Origin: Chitinophagaceae bacterium | Lineage (GTDB): Bacteria > Bacteroidota > Bacteroidia > Chitinophagales > Chitinophagaceae | Direction of reading: 5' to 3' | DNA: 64,000 bases | NCBI GenBank assembly: GCA_004297075.1 | Contig: SCVK01000025.1 | Location: 11,139 to 75,138, forward strand | Shown here: piece after piece, positions 20,640-31,000 of the stretch | How the letters are laid out: every line of letters starts with the position of its first letter | Numbering within the stretch: position 1 is the first letter of the stretch | Position numbers and translations under genes: made by a program | Notes under the pieces: model-generated | What the model saw: only the letters and a program-made list of their open reading frames with translations | Database searches by the model: none | Told to the model about the DNA's origin: nothing

Positions 20640-21652
20640 TTATTGAGTTGAGCCCAGTTAATCCGGGCAGCTGTATATTGGATCTCCTTTTTTTTCATAC
20701 TGTCTTCCACACGGAAGGCAGCCAGGTTTCCATTCATGGGACTCTGGAACAGTTCGCTTTGCAGGAAAAAAGCTTCTGTAGCATTTACGAGTTGATGATC
20801 GCCGGTAAAATCGGTAAAATATACGGCTGCAATCTCTTTTTTATCTACTGCATCTGCATGCAGGAAGGATAAGATACAATGTGCATCATCAAACTTATAG
20901 GTCTTTCCTTTCCGGGTTACCAGTTCGGCTCCAAAACGGTTATCGGTAATCGTCATTTTGCAGGAATAGCAATTGTCTTTCCCGTAACGTATCGCTTCGG
21001 GTGCGGTACTGCAACCAGTGAGGCTTGTGATAGAAACGGCCAGTATTAATATGCCCGCAACACCGGTAAAGTTCCGCGAAAGTTTAGCGCGGCGTGTTTC
21101 CAGAATTACCAGCAACAGCAGGATGGCTCCTACTCCTACAAAGATCCATCCGCCAATATCGGGAATGGAATAGGCGCCAAAATTCAATAACTGTTTAAAC
21201 CCGATCAACGGAGGCTGGTAAGCCATACCGGGAATACGGATGGCTGCATCAGGATTAAGGTCGTGACCATATTGGTACTCCCATCTCCAGAAATCGATCA
21301 TCGCAATAACACCAAATAAAATGAATAATGTCAGTAACAGGTTCAGCCATTTTCTTTTACCTACAACTGCTACGATGATGGACAGTAAACTGAAAAATAC
21401 AATGATGCCGGGCAGGATCCTGAACTCGGGGAAATCGTCTGCATGCAGTGTTTTCATCCCGATATAATGGTTCAGTCCGTTAATAATATCCACGTTACCC
21501 GCCAGTTTATTGGCATAGATCTGTAACATCAATCCTTCCGGGTATTGCGGTGCGTCAAGGTCTATCCGCCACATGGGTACAAACAATACAACCAGCAAAG
21601 CCAGGCCGCACAGGATCAACAAAGAGCGGGAGGATGTTTTTAACTTGTTCAT
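20636..21652 (-). CDS. nosL: NosB-like membrane domain fused to the NosL copper chaperone
   Basis: N-terminal APQYPEGL / INGLNHYIGM / YGHDLNP membrane domain; C-terminal CYSCKMTI, KFDDAHC and SPMNG NosL motifs. Confidence 0.85.
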   Translation of the reverse strand: MNKLKTSSRSLLILCGLALLVVLFVPMWRIDLDAPQYPEGLMLQIYANKLAGNVDIINGLNHYIGMKTLHADDFPEFRILPGIIVFFSLLSIIVAVVGKRKWLNLLLTLFILFGVIAMIDFWRWEYQYGHDLNPDAAIRIPGMAYQPPLIGFKQLLNFGAYSIPDIGGWIFVGVGAILLLLVILETRRAKLSRNFTGVAGILILAVSITSLTGCSTAPEAIRYGKDNCYSCKMTITDNRFGAELVTRKGKTYKFDDAHCILSFLHADAVDKKEIAAVYFTDFTGDHQLVNATEAFFLQSELFQSPMNGNLAAFRVEDSMKKKEIQYTAARINWAQLNK

Positions 21653-21740
21653 GGCAATGATTTGTGAGATTCAACTATCACATAAAAAATCAGCACGGAA
21701 ACAGCATCAGCAGTTTTCCGCAATGGGTTTCCGGGCTGGC

Positions 21741-21777
21741 AAAATGGCTGTAACAGGTAATTCACCTGTTACAGCCA
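21741..21777 (-). terminator. Intra-operon hairpin after nosZ
   Basis: 14-bp perfect stem tggctgtaacaggt/acctgttacagcca followed by a short T run on the minus strand. Confidence 0.7.
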
Positions 21778-21785
21778 GGTAAAAG

Positions 21786-23786
21786 CTATTTCTTAGGAGC
21801 CGGAACGGGTTCTGCTTTAGGCTGGTTGGTTCCCAAACTAAACGTCAGCGGCACATTACTTCCTGCAGGCGATACCCTTACATAGCCCTGCATTTCCTGG
21901 TGTAAAGCACTACAGAAATCAGTGCAATAGATCGGGAACATACCTGGTTTTTCAGGGGTCCAGCGCAGTGTCTGTGTTTCTCCCGGCATAATCAGCAGTT
22001 CCGCATTGGAAGCACCTTTCACTGCAAAACCATGTGGCACATCCCAGTCCTGCTCCAGATTGGTTACATGGAAGAGTACTTCATCTCCTACACGGATACC
22101 TTCAATATTATCAGGAGAGAAGTGTGAACGGATGGCTGTCATGTACACATGTACTTTGTTGCCTTCACGCACCACTTTGGACTCACCTTCCCCTTTGGAT
22201 ACATAAGGATGTTTGTTCTCATCGATCTTGAAGAATTTAACGGAGTTTTTCCGGATAAGATCTGCCGGCGCAGATTGCGCATAGTGCGGTTCACCAATGG
22301 TTGGGAAATCCAGGATTAGCTGCATCTTATCACCACTGATATCATAGAGCTGTGCACTTTGCGCCAGTTCTGGTCCGGTAGGCAGGTAACGGTCTTTGGT
22401 GATCTTGTTATACGCAACAAGGTATTTGGCCGATGGTTTTTTGGTATCGCCACCGGGGATTGACAGGTGACCTACAGAATAATAGGTAGGCACACGATCC
22501 AGCACTTTCAGGTCCTTGATATTCCATTTCACCACTTCGCTCGATACGAAGAAAGAAGTGTAGGCATTACCCTTACCATCAAACTCGGTATGCAAAGGTC
22601 CGAGACCAGGTTTTTTCACTTCTCCATATAAAGCTGATTCGTATTTGATCACGGGGATACCATCGTATTCGCCGGCATAATCTTTGGCAGCAATGGCTTT
22701 GATCATTTTATCGAAACTGAATACAGGGATCAACGCGGCCAGTTTACCACTACCTACGATATATTCACCGGTAGGATCTACGTCGCAGCCGTGTGGAGAT
22801 TTAGGACAGGGGATCATGTAACAGATATCTTTCAGCTCTTTCGCATCCAGCACGATCACTTCTGTTTTGATGGTAGAAGTGGCAGAATGCGTTTTTTCAT
22901 CCCAGCGGTTGCTGGCATATTTAACAGACTGTTTTCTGCCTTTACCGGCTTTGAGGTACTCTTCTGCTTTTTTCCAGTTAACTGCCATGATAAAATCCTT
23001 ATCGCGCTGCGAAGCATTTACTTCCAGCAGGGTATTGGCTTGTTCGGTATTATAACAGCTGAAGAAGAACCAGCCATGTGATTTGCCTTTACCGGCATGG
23101 CTCAGGTCGAAGTTCACACCCGGACACTGGATCTGGAAAGCGATATCCATTTTACCATCTTCCTTGGCCACGCTGATAAAACTCAGGGTACCTTTAAAAT
23201 TCTGTTTGTAGGTATTGATCGGGATATCACCGCTTACATTATCCGGTGGTACACTAAAACGGGTACCGGCCACAACGTATTCGGTATTTTCTGTAATGAA
23301 GGGAGAAGAGTGGTTACCGGCACTATTGGGTAACTCTATGATCTCTGCCGTACGAAAGGTAGTCAGATCGATACGAGCCACGCGGGGGGTATTATTGGCG
23401 TTACCGAATACCCAGCGACCATCGATCTCTCCGTTGGTCTGAGACAGTTCGGGGTGGTGAAGATCATCCCAGGGAACAAAACCGTGAGAAGTGTTCAGCA
23501 TAGGTTTGGTTTCTTCGCTGTAGCCCCATCCTTTTTCCGGATCTACCGAAAAAGCCGGAATTACGCGTAACAAGCGGCCGCTGGGTAATCCGTAAACAGC
23601 CATTTGTCCGCTGAAACCACCGGAAACAAAATTATAATACTCATCATATTTGCCTGGTGCCACATACGCTTTGGCAGCGGCATCGGCACTAACGGCATTT
23701 CCGGCGTTCTTGGGTTTGCAGGAAAGCATCCCCAGCAATAATGCGAAGGACGCCATGGCGATCGCATTATAATTTGTCTTTTTCAT
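21786..23786 (-). CDS. nosZ: Sec-dependent (clade II) nitrous-oxide reductase, lipoprotein
   Basis: Lipobox MLSC with no twin-arginine motif; CuZ His motifs DDLHH, GNH, PHG, PLH, EPH; CuA motif CTDFCSALHQEM. Start taken as ATG 23786. Confidence 0.97.
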   Translation of the reverse strand: MKKTNYNAIAMASFALLLGMLSCKPKNAGNAVSADAAAKAYVAPGKYDEYYNFVSGGFSGQMAVYGLPSGRLLRVIPAFSVDPEKGWGYSEETKPMLNTSHGFVPWDDLHHPELSQTNGEIDGRWVFGNANNTPRVARIDLTTFRTAEIIELPNSAGNHSSPFITENTEYVVAGTRFSVPPDNVSGDIPINTYKQNFKGTLSFISVAKEDGKMDIAFQIQCPGVNFDLSHAGKGKSHGWFFFSCYNTEQANTLLEVNASQRDKDFIMAVNWKKAEEYLKAGKGRKQSVKYASNRWDEKTHSATSTIKTEVIVLDAKELKDICYMIPCPKSPHGCDVDPTGEYIVGSGKLAALIPVFSFDKMIKAIAAKDYAGEYDGIPVIKYESALYGEVKKPGLGPLHTEFDGKGNAYTSFFVSSEVVKWNIKDLKVLDRVPTYYSVGHLSIPGGDTKKPSAKYLVAYNKITKDRYLPTGPELAQSAQLYDISGDKMQLILDFPTIGEPHYAQSAPADLIRKNSVKFFKIDENKHPYVSKGEGESKVVREGNKVHVYMTAIRSHFSPDNIEGIRVGDEVLFHVTNLEQDWDVPHGFAVKGASNAELLIMPGETQTLRWTPEKPGMFPIYCTDFCSALHQEMQGYVRVSPAGSNVPLTFSLGTNQPKAEPVPAPKK

Positions 23787-23844
23787 GCTGATATGTTTAA
23801 AGGTTTGTTGATACACAACAGTGATTGTAACAGGTAATGATGCA

Positions 23845-24321
23845 TTATTTCACGCCATCATTCTTACGCATAAACTCATACAGGCTGCGCGCATCATCAT
23901 CACTCAGGTTCTGATTAGGCATACGCACCAGACAAATCTCCAGCTGCGCCTGTGCTTTGGGATCCTTGGTCAGCATCTCATCGGTATTGGTGATGAAGTT
24001 CATGATCCAGGGAGCGGTAAAACGGGCAGTTACCCCTTTCCAACCAGGTCCTACCAGTTTCTCTTCAGTTAACTTATGACAGCTGCTGCACTTTACGCCA
24101 TACACTTTGTTCCCTTTCTCGGCCAGGGTCGCATCCAGTGTTGCAGGAATTTCTACGGTTTTGAATTTGCCTTCTCCCCTTTCAGGATCATAGGAAGGAT
24201 TGGTAGAGGCTTCTTTCTTTTCTTCACCCGCTGCCACGTTATCCGTAGTAGTTGTTCCATTCTGGTTTCCGCATGCGTACATAGCCGCTACAACAATAAT
24301 GGCTGTAATCGTTTTTTTCAT
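23845..24321 (-). CDS. Monohaem cytochrome c lipoprotein (NosC-like)
   Basis: Lipobox YAC, CSSCH haem motif, distal Met in RMPNQ; immediately upstream of nosZ. Confidence 0.9.
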   Translation of the reverse strand: MKKTITAIIVVAAMYACGNQNGTTTTDNVAAGEEKKEASTNPSYDPERGEGKFKTVEIPATLDATLAEKGNKVYGVKCSSCHKLTEEKLVGPGWKGVTARFTAPWIMNFITNTDEMLTKDPKAQAQLEICLVRMPNQNLSDDDARSLYEFMRKNDGVK

Positions 24322-24354
24322 GGTCGTAGTTTTTTGATTGAATAATTGCATATA

Positions 24355-24397
24355 CAAGATTACCCATGCTTTCACCGGCATTTTATGCGTTGAATCA
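24355..24397 (-). promoter_or_regulatory. nos operon promoter with Crp/Fnr-type box
   Basis: Minus strand: tgattcaacgca (24397-24386), 23-bp spacer, taatcttg (24362-24355). Confidence 0.65.
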
Positions 24398-24473
24398 TAC
24401 CGGATAAAAAAAAGGGAAGTGGGGAACAGTTATACTGACAATCAACCTGTTAGAAATCAATCTTGCAAAAACC

Positions 24474-24538
24474 TGATTTAAATCATATATTCAGATGATA
24501 CTGGTCATCAACAAAGGTATTGGGGAAGGATAGTTTTG
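24474..24538 (+). promoter_or_regulatory. Crp/Fnr gene promoter with two boxes
   Basis: tgatttaaatca (24474-24485) and tgatactggtca (24496-24507), then 23-bp spacer and tagttttg (24531-24538). Confidence 0.7.
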
Positions 24539-24563
24539 GCAGCAACTACATAAACCGCCACTT

Positions 24564-25160
24564 ATGATGATAGACATTGATCTTTTGCTTGCCTGCGGGG
24601 CTGCTTATAAAAAAGTATCCGCTGGCGAAATCATCTTTCAGGAAGGAGCTGCCTGCCATTTTTATTATCAACTGGTCAGTGGCATTGTTCGGTGGGTAAA
24701 CGTAGATGAGGAAGGCAATGAATATATTCAGACCCTGATAGACCCCGGCGAGTGTTTCGGAGAAATCCCCTTATTTGATGAAGGCCCTTATGCCGCCACT
24801 GCTATTGCCGATGAAGATGCTGTGCTGATCCGCCTGCATCGCAGTTCGTTTATACAATTATTGAAAGATAGTCCGGAGATCCATTTTTCTTTTACCCGCT
24901 TACTCGCCAAAAGAGTTCGTTTTAAATTCCTGCTCATTAAATCACTGGCACTATATGCACCGGAAGCCAGAATTGCTGCGCTGATCAACTATCTGAAAGC
25001 AGAGAACAAGAATTTCTGTCCCAAATGCAATCAACTGAAACTGACCCGCCAGCAGATCGCCGACATGACCGGTTTACGTGTGGAAACAGTGATCCGCGCC
25101 ATGCGTCATATGCACGACAGAGGCGAACTGGTGATCGAAAAAGGAAAAGTGTTCTGCTGA
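24564..25160 (+). CDS. Crp/Fnr family transcriptional regulator
   Basis: cNMP-binding fold (GECFGEIPLF) and HTH LTRQQIADMTGLRVETVIR. Confidence 0.93.
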   Translation: MMIDIDLLLACGAAYKKVSAGEIIFQEGAACHFYYQLVSGIVRWVNVDEEGNEYIQTLIDPGECFGEIPLFDEGPYAATAIADEDAVLIRLHRSSFIQLLKDSPEIHFSFTRLLAKRVRFKFLLIKSLALYAPEARIAALINYLKAENKNFCPKCNQLKLTRQQIADMTGLRVETVIRAMRHMHDRGELVIEKGKVFC

Positions 25161-25163
25161 ATA

Positions 25164-25206
25164 TGATTACAATCATACCCACATAGCCTTGTTTGCAGTT
25201 CCTTTG
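25164..25206 (+). promoter_or_regulatory. Crp/Fnr-type box plus -7 element of the membrane protein gene
   Basis: tgattacaatca (25164-25175), 23-bp spacer, ttcctttg (25199-25206). Confidence 0.65.
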
Positions 25207-25222
25207 CCGGTAAACGACAGGT

Positions 25223-26440
25223 ATGCGTTCTTCTTTATCCAGGTGGTTACAGGTTTCGCTGATCAATTTGTTACTGGTTGCTCTTATCGGTGTAATACTG
25301 CGTTATAAGATCGCCTTCTCCTTACCTTTTATCGATCAGAAACACCTGCTGCATGGCCACTCGCATTTTGCCTTTGCCGGCTGGATCACCCATACACTGA
25401 TGGTATTCCTCGTAGAGTACCTATCCCGCGAAAGCGGCGTAGACATGTTTCGCAAATACCGTGGTTTAGTATGGGCCAACCTGCTTACCGCTTATGGTAT
25501 GCTGTTCTGGTTCCCGATACAGGGGTATGGTGGGTGGAGTATCAGCTTCTCCACTTTATCCATTATTGTCTCTTATATCTTCACCATTGCTTACTGGAAA
25601 GACCTGAACCGTCTCAGAAAAAACAGGATCAGTCACCAGTGGTTCAAAGCCGCACTGCTGTTAAATATCCTTTCTTCACTGGGAGCTTTCGCACTTGCCT
25701 TTATGATGGCCACCCATACCGTTCACCAGAACTGGTACCTGGCCGCCGTATATTTTTTCCTCCATTTTCAGTACAATGGCTGGTTCTTTTTTGCGGTCAT
25801 GGGTTTGCTGACAGCCCGCATGGAACATCTGACAGCACTCAGGCTAACCTTACTAACTGTTTTCCGCTTATTTGCTTTTGCCAGTATACCCGCCTATTTC
25901 TTATCGGTCCTTTGGCTACCAATGCCAGTAGCGGTGTATGTGCTGGTGATCTTTTCTGCATTGGCACAGGCACGGGGTTGGTTTTTGTTTCTCCGGCTTT
26001 ATAATACTTACAAAACCGTTTTGACGGATATCTTCCCCAAAAATATCAGTTGGTTATTGATACTGGCTGCATTGGCCACCACTATCAAGATCCTGCTGCA
26101 GCTGGGATCTACCATTCCATCACTGAGCCAGCTGGCATTCGGTTTCCGGCCAATTGTGATCGGTTACCTGCACCTGGTACTGCTGGGTATGTTCAGTATT
26201 TTCCTGATAGCTTATATCGTTTCTTACAAATGGTCTACTGCAGGCAAAACATTACTCATCGGCATCAAATGGTTTGCAGGAGGTGTTATCATTAACGAAT
26301 GTGTTTTGATGATACAAGGGATGGCGGCACTTGGCTACCACACCCTTCCTTTGATCAATGAATCCCTATTATTAACAGCAGTTATCCTTTTCACCGGTAT
26401 CCTCCTGATGCTGCTCGGTTTCAGTAAAGTAACATCCTGA
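25223..26440 (+). CDS. Polytopic membrane protein with intramembrane His motifs, function unknown
   Basis: About 12 hydrophobic segments; HGHSHFAFAGW, FLHFQYNGW and GYLHLVLLG motifs. Confidence 0.75.
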   Translation: MRSSLSRWLQVSLINLLLVALIGVILRYKIAFSLPFIDQKHLLHGHSHFAFAGWITHTLMVFLVEYLSRESGVDMFRKYRGLVWANLLTAYGMLFWFPIQGYGGWSISFSTLSIIVSYIFTIAYWKDLNRLRKNRISHQWFKAALLLNILSSLGAFALAFMMATHTVHQNWYLAAVYFFLHFQYNGWFFFAVMGLLTARMEHLTALRLTLLTVFRLFAFASIPAYFLSVLWLPMPVAVYVLVIFSALAQARGWFLFLRLYNTYKTVLTDIFPKNISWLLILAALATTIKILLQLGSTIPSLSQLAFGFRPIVIGYLHLVLLGMFSIFLIAYIVSYKWSTAGKTLLIGIKWFAGGVIINECVLMIQGMAALGYHTLPLINESLLLTAVILFTGILLMLLGFSKVTS

Positions 26441-26473
26441 AATCGACCGGCACCAGTTTGTACATAGTAAAAT

Positions 26474-26511
26474 AAGAGAAGCTATCTCAGACTTTTGAGA
26501 TAGCCTCTCTT
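26474..26511. terminator. Bidirectional terminator
   Basis: gctatctca/tgagatagc stem with extended pairing between convergent genes. Confidence 0.7.
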
Positions 26512-26646
26512 TATCAGGATGTGTCGCCGGGCGCATATAATATTTACCATGCTCAAAAATAGAAACGAGGAAATCAATGGCTGGTCTTCTTCCCTTTATC
26601 ATTACTGGCTCACTGTTTCACCAGTGTCCAAGCTATTCAAAACAGT

Positions 26647-28059
26647 TCATCTCCATCCTCCGCCTAAGGCCCTGTATAATTCAACATTCTCGCTAAGCTG
26701 TGCCTTCCGGATAGCATCTGTTTCCAGTTCGCTTTGGAGCAGGTTACTTTGTGCAGTGAGTACTTCCAGATAAGTTGCCATGCCGTTCTTAAACAGCAGT
26801 TGTGCGTTCCTGATGGCTTTCTCGAGTGTATTCCGGCGCTGCGAAGCAATGGTTTGCTGCTCTTGTAATTTCTGGATCTTCACCATTGCATCCGAAACTT
26901 CACCAACAGCCTTTAACACTGATTGCCGGAACTGTATGACCGTTTTCTCCCTTTCCACTTTCGCAACATCGTATTGTGCCTGTAATTGTTTCCGTTGAAA
27001 CAATGGTGCCGTTATACCGCCTGCCACTGTTCCAAACAGTGATGCAGGAATAGAAAACCAGTTGGATGCTTTAAACGCATTCACCCCTGCACCGGCAGTA
27101 ATATTCAGAGAGGGATACATATTGGCCTGGGCAATACCTGTTTTGGCATTGGCAATTGTGAGTGCCAGTTCATATTGCTTCACATCCGGCCTACGACTCA
27201 CCATTTCCGAAGGCAGACCCGTTGTTGAATTATCCGGCACAACCACATTAGCCAGTATTGTATTACGTTGGATATTTCCTGGCAAAGCTCCTGTTAATAT
27301 GCTGAGTGCGTTTTCCTCTACTACTATTGCCTGCTCAAACTGAGGGATCAGCTGTACAGCAGACAGCCGTTGCGCCTCTGTTTGCTGAACAGCCAGTTCC
27401 GTTACTTGTCCGGCACTGTATTGCAGTTTAACGATCTGCAGTGTACTGTCGTTCAGTGCTACGTTCTTTTTTGCAACGGCAAGTTGTGCATCCAGCATTA
27501 AAAGATTGTAATACCCTTTCGCAATATTGGCTACAAGATTTGTTTGAACGGTTTTTCTGGCTTCTCCGGTTTGAAGAAATGCCGCCAATGCAGTTGCCTT
27601 TTGTTTTTTGATCTTACCCCAGATATCAGCCTCCCATGAAATACCAATACCTGTTGTATAATCTTCTACATACGATTTTCCAAGAAACTGGCTAAGGCTG
27701 AGTCCATTCAGACTATTATCCGATGGACGATTCACAGTAATACCTGTCTGCAGTTTCACATCAGGCAGGTAAGCATACCGGGTTTGCGACAATAAGCGTT
27801 GCGCCGACTCTATATTTTTTAGCGCAACAAGCAGGTCGTAATTTTTTACAATCGCGGTATCGATCAGTCTCTGTAAAGAGGGATCTGTAAAATAATCTTT
27901 CCACGGCAGATCGGCAATGCTGCTACTGTCGGCATTTACCGCATTCCTGAAACTGGCTGGCAGTTCAGGTATGGGTTTCACCATCTCTTTTGATACACTG
28001 CACCCGGCCAGTACAGCCAGCAGTATGGTTATGATGTAAGTATTGAAATATTTGTTCAT
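26647..28059 (-). CDS. RND efflux outer-membrane factor (TolC/OprM family lipoprotein)
   Basis: Lipobox LAGC, SWEADIWGK, RRPDV, LYRALGGGW. Confidence 0.93.
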   Translation of the reverse strand: MNKYFNTYIITILLAVLAGCSVSKEMVKPIPELPASFRNAVNADSSSIADLPWKDYFTDPSLQRLIDTAIVKNYDLLVALKNIESAQRLLSQTRYAYLPDVKLQTGITVNRPSDNSLNGLSLSQFLGKSYVEDYTTGIGISWEADIWGKIKKQKATALAAFLQTGEARKTVQTNLVANIAKGYYNLLMLDAQLAVAKKNVALNDSTLQIVKLQYSAGQVTELAVQQTEAQRLSAVQLIPQFEQAIVVEENALSILTGALPGNIQRNTILANVVVPDNSTTGLPSEMVSRRPDVKQYELALTIANAKTGIAQANMYPSLNITAGAGVNAFKASNWFSIPASLFGTVAGGITAPLFQRKQLQAQYDVAKVEREKTVIQFRQSVLKAVGEVSDAMVKIQKLQEQQTIASQRRNTLEKAIRNAQLLFKNGMATYLEVLTAQSNLLQSELETDAIRKAQLSENVELYRALGGGWR

Positions 28060-28093
28060 TTTATTTGTTTTTTACTGACTAATAACGGGACCT

Positions 28094-31000
28094 TTATTTC
28101 TTTTCTATCCTTTCTTCTATCCAGTTATCGTGTTCAACAATTTTTTTCCGGCTGATTTTTTCCTGCAGGTGTTGAAAAATCACGAACAGTACCGGTATGA
28201 TGAAGATGCCGAGCAATACCCCTGTTAACATTCCTCCTACCGCACCTGTACCAATCGAACGGTTTCCCATGGCAGAAGCACCTTTGGCCGTTAACAATGG
28301 AAGCAGACCGGCGATAAATGCAAATGAGGTCATCAATATCGGGCGCAACCGCAATTTTGCGGCTTCAATGGCTGCATGTGGGATGGATAGCCCTGCATGT
28401 CTTCTTTGCACAGCATATTCCACTATCAGGATAGCGTTTTTTGCCAGCAGGCCAATCAGCATGATCAGGCAAACCTGTACATAAATATTGTTATCAATAC
28501 CCGCCAGGTTAATAAATGCAAAAACACCCAGTATCCCGGTTGGTACGGAGAGTATCACCGCCAAAGGCAATATGTAACTTTCATACTGCGCCGCCAGCAG
28601 AAAATATACAAATACCAGCGACATGATAAAGATCAAAGAGGTTTGAGAACCAGATTGCTGTTCTTCCCGCGTTAATCCGGACCATTCATAAGCATAGCCT
28701 CTTGGCAAATAAGCCGCAGCAACTTCTTCCACAGCTTTTAATGCCTCACCGGAGCTGAACCCCGGTTTGGGAATACCGTTAACAGTTACTGCATTAAACA
28801 GGTTGTTCCTGGTAACAGTTTCAGGGCCATATACTTTTTCAAGCGAAATCAATGTTGTAATGGGGATCATTTGCCCTGTACTGGTTTTAACCTGAACATT
28901 GTTTAAAGTAGACGGATCAATGCGGTAGTTTACATCTGACTGCAGTATCACTTTGTACTGTTTTCCAAATCGATTAAAATCAGATGCCATATAACTGCCG
29001 TAAAACACCTGTAATGTTTGCAGTAATTCGCTCACAGATACCCCTAATTGCTTTGTTTTTTCTTCATCAATATTTACTCTGTATTGCGGGTTACTGGTAT
29101 TAAAAGTGGTAAACGCGTATGCAATCTCTTTCCGTTTCATCAGTTCCCCGATAAACCCGTTGGTAACATTGTTCAGATCCGAAAGTTTTCCACCTGCCCT
29201 GTCCTGTAGCAGTAACTCAAATCCGTTGGTATTACCAAACCCCTGTACAGTAGGCAGGGTAAATGTGAAAAGATTGGCTTTCGATATCACAGATAGCTTC
29301 TGGTTTACTTCGCCAAGTATCTCGTTAATATCTTCTGTTTTTCCCCTGGTACCGGGTTTCTTCAGTTTAACAAAAGCCAGGCCGCTCATCGGACTGGTGG
29401 CATTGGTAATAATATTCATACCGGCCACGCTATAAACTTTTTCAACACCTTCTACTGTACGAATAATACTATCTGCCTCGTCTACCACTTTCCGGGTTCT
29501 TTCCAGTGAAGAACCGGCAGGCATATTCAGCGAGTACAGAAAAATACTCTGATCTTCGGTAGGAATAAATCCGGATGGGGATTTTTTTACCATTACGATT
29601 GTTGTAACAGTGATGGCCACTAATGCCGTGATGGCCACCCATTTTGTTTTAATCAGGAAATGAAGACTATGCGTATAACGCGTGGTCATATGCTGAAACG
29701 AAGTATTGAATGCATGAAAAAACTTTGCCTTAAATCCTTCGGGTTTTGCATCGGCCAGGTGCGGATTTCGTTTTAAGAAAAGTGCCGCCAGGGCAGGACT
29801 CAGTGTTAATGCATTCAGTGCAGAGATCAGGATGGCAATGGCCAAGGTAAATGCGAACTGTTTATAAAAAATTCCGGCCGGCCCCTGCATAAATCCAACC
29901 GGTACAAACACAGCAGCCATCACCAAGGTAATAGAGATGATCGCTCCGGATATCTCACCCATACTCTTAATAGTAGCTGCACGTGCGGGTAAATGTTCTG
30001 TTTCCATTTTTGTATGCACTGCTTCCACCACCACAATGGCATCATCCACCACAATACCAATGGCAAGGATCAATGCAAAAAGTGTAAGCAGGTTAATGGT
30101 AAATCCAAATAACTGCATAAAGAAAAATGTTCCCAATATGGCTACCGGAACTGCTATGGCAGGTATCAGCGTTGACCTTAAATCCTGTAAAAAAAGAAAC
30201 ACTACAATAAACACAAGTACAAATGCCTCCAGTAAAGTGCGTTTTACTTTATCGATGGATGCATCCAGAAATTCTTTTGCAGAATAAGGAATAAAGGTTT
30301 TGATACCCTTTGGTAAAGATTTGATGGTCTCCTGTAATATTCTGTCCACTTCTGTAAGGATATCATTTGCATTAGAGCCCGCCGTCTGGTATATCAGGAT
30401 GCCCGTAGATGGTCCTTTATCCACTTTGGCCGATGCCGTATAACTGAATGAACCAAACTCAACACGGGCAACATCTTTCAGCCTGATCATGGAGCCATCT
30501 TGGTTAGCTTTTAGTATGATGTTCTCATACTGCTGCCCTTCATTTAATTTCCCTTTGTATTTGATCACATATTCAAACGATTCCTGGCTACCCTCGCCAA
30601 ACTTACCAGGGGCCGCTTCCACGTTCTGCTCCCTGATTGCCGCCAGTACTTCCTGTGCAGATAAATGATACGCGGCAAGCCGATCGGGTTTCAGCCATAA
30701 ACGCATGGCATAATCTTTCGAGCCAAATATCAGTGCCTGGCCCACACCATGTACACGTTGTATCTGCGGGATCATGTTGATTTTGGCATAGTTCTGCAGA
30801 AAACTTTCTGTAAAAGCTGTATCGTTACTATACAAAACGATCGCCATAATAATACCGTTCTGCTGCTTTTGCGTAGTAAGGCCCGCCTGCAATACTTCCT
30901 GCGGAATCAGGCTGTTTGCTTTTGCAACACGGTTTTGCACATTCACAGAAGCGATATCGGGATCCGTACCGGATTTAAAGAAAACATTCAACGTCATCGT

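Noticed and set aside
25223-26440. Bona fide NO reductase or cytochrome oxidase subunit I
   Set aside because: Lacks the canonical HPxVY/E and adjacent HH ligand motifs, so it cannot be assigned without structural evidence.
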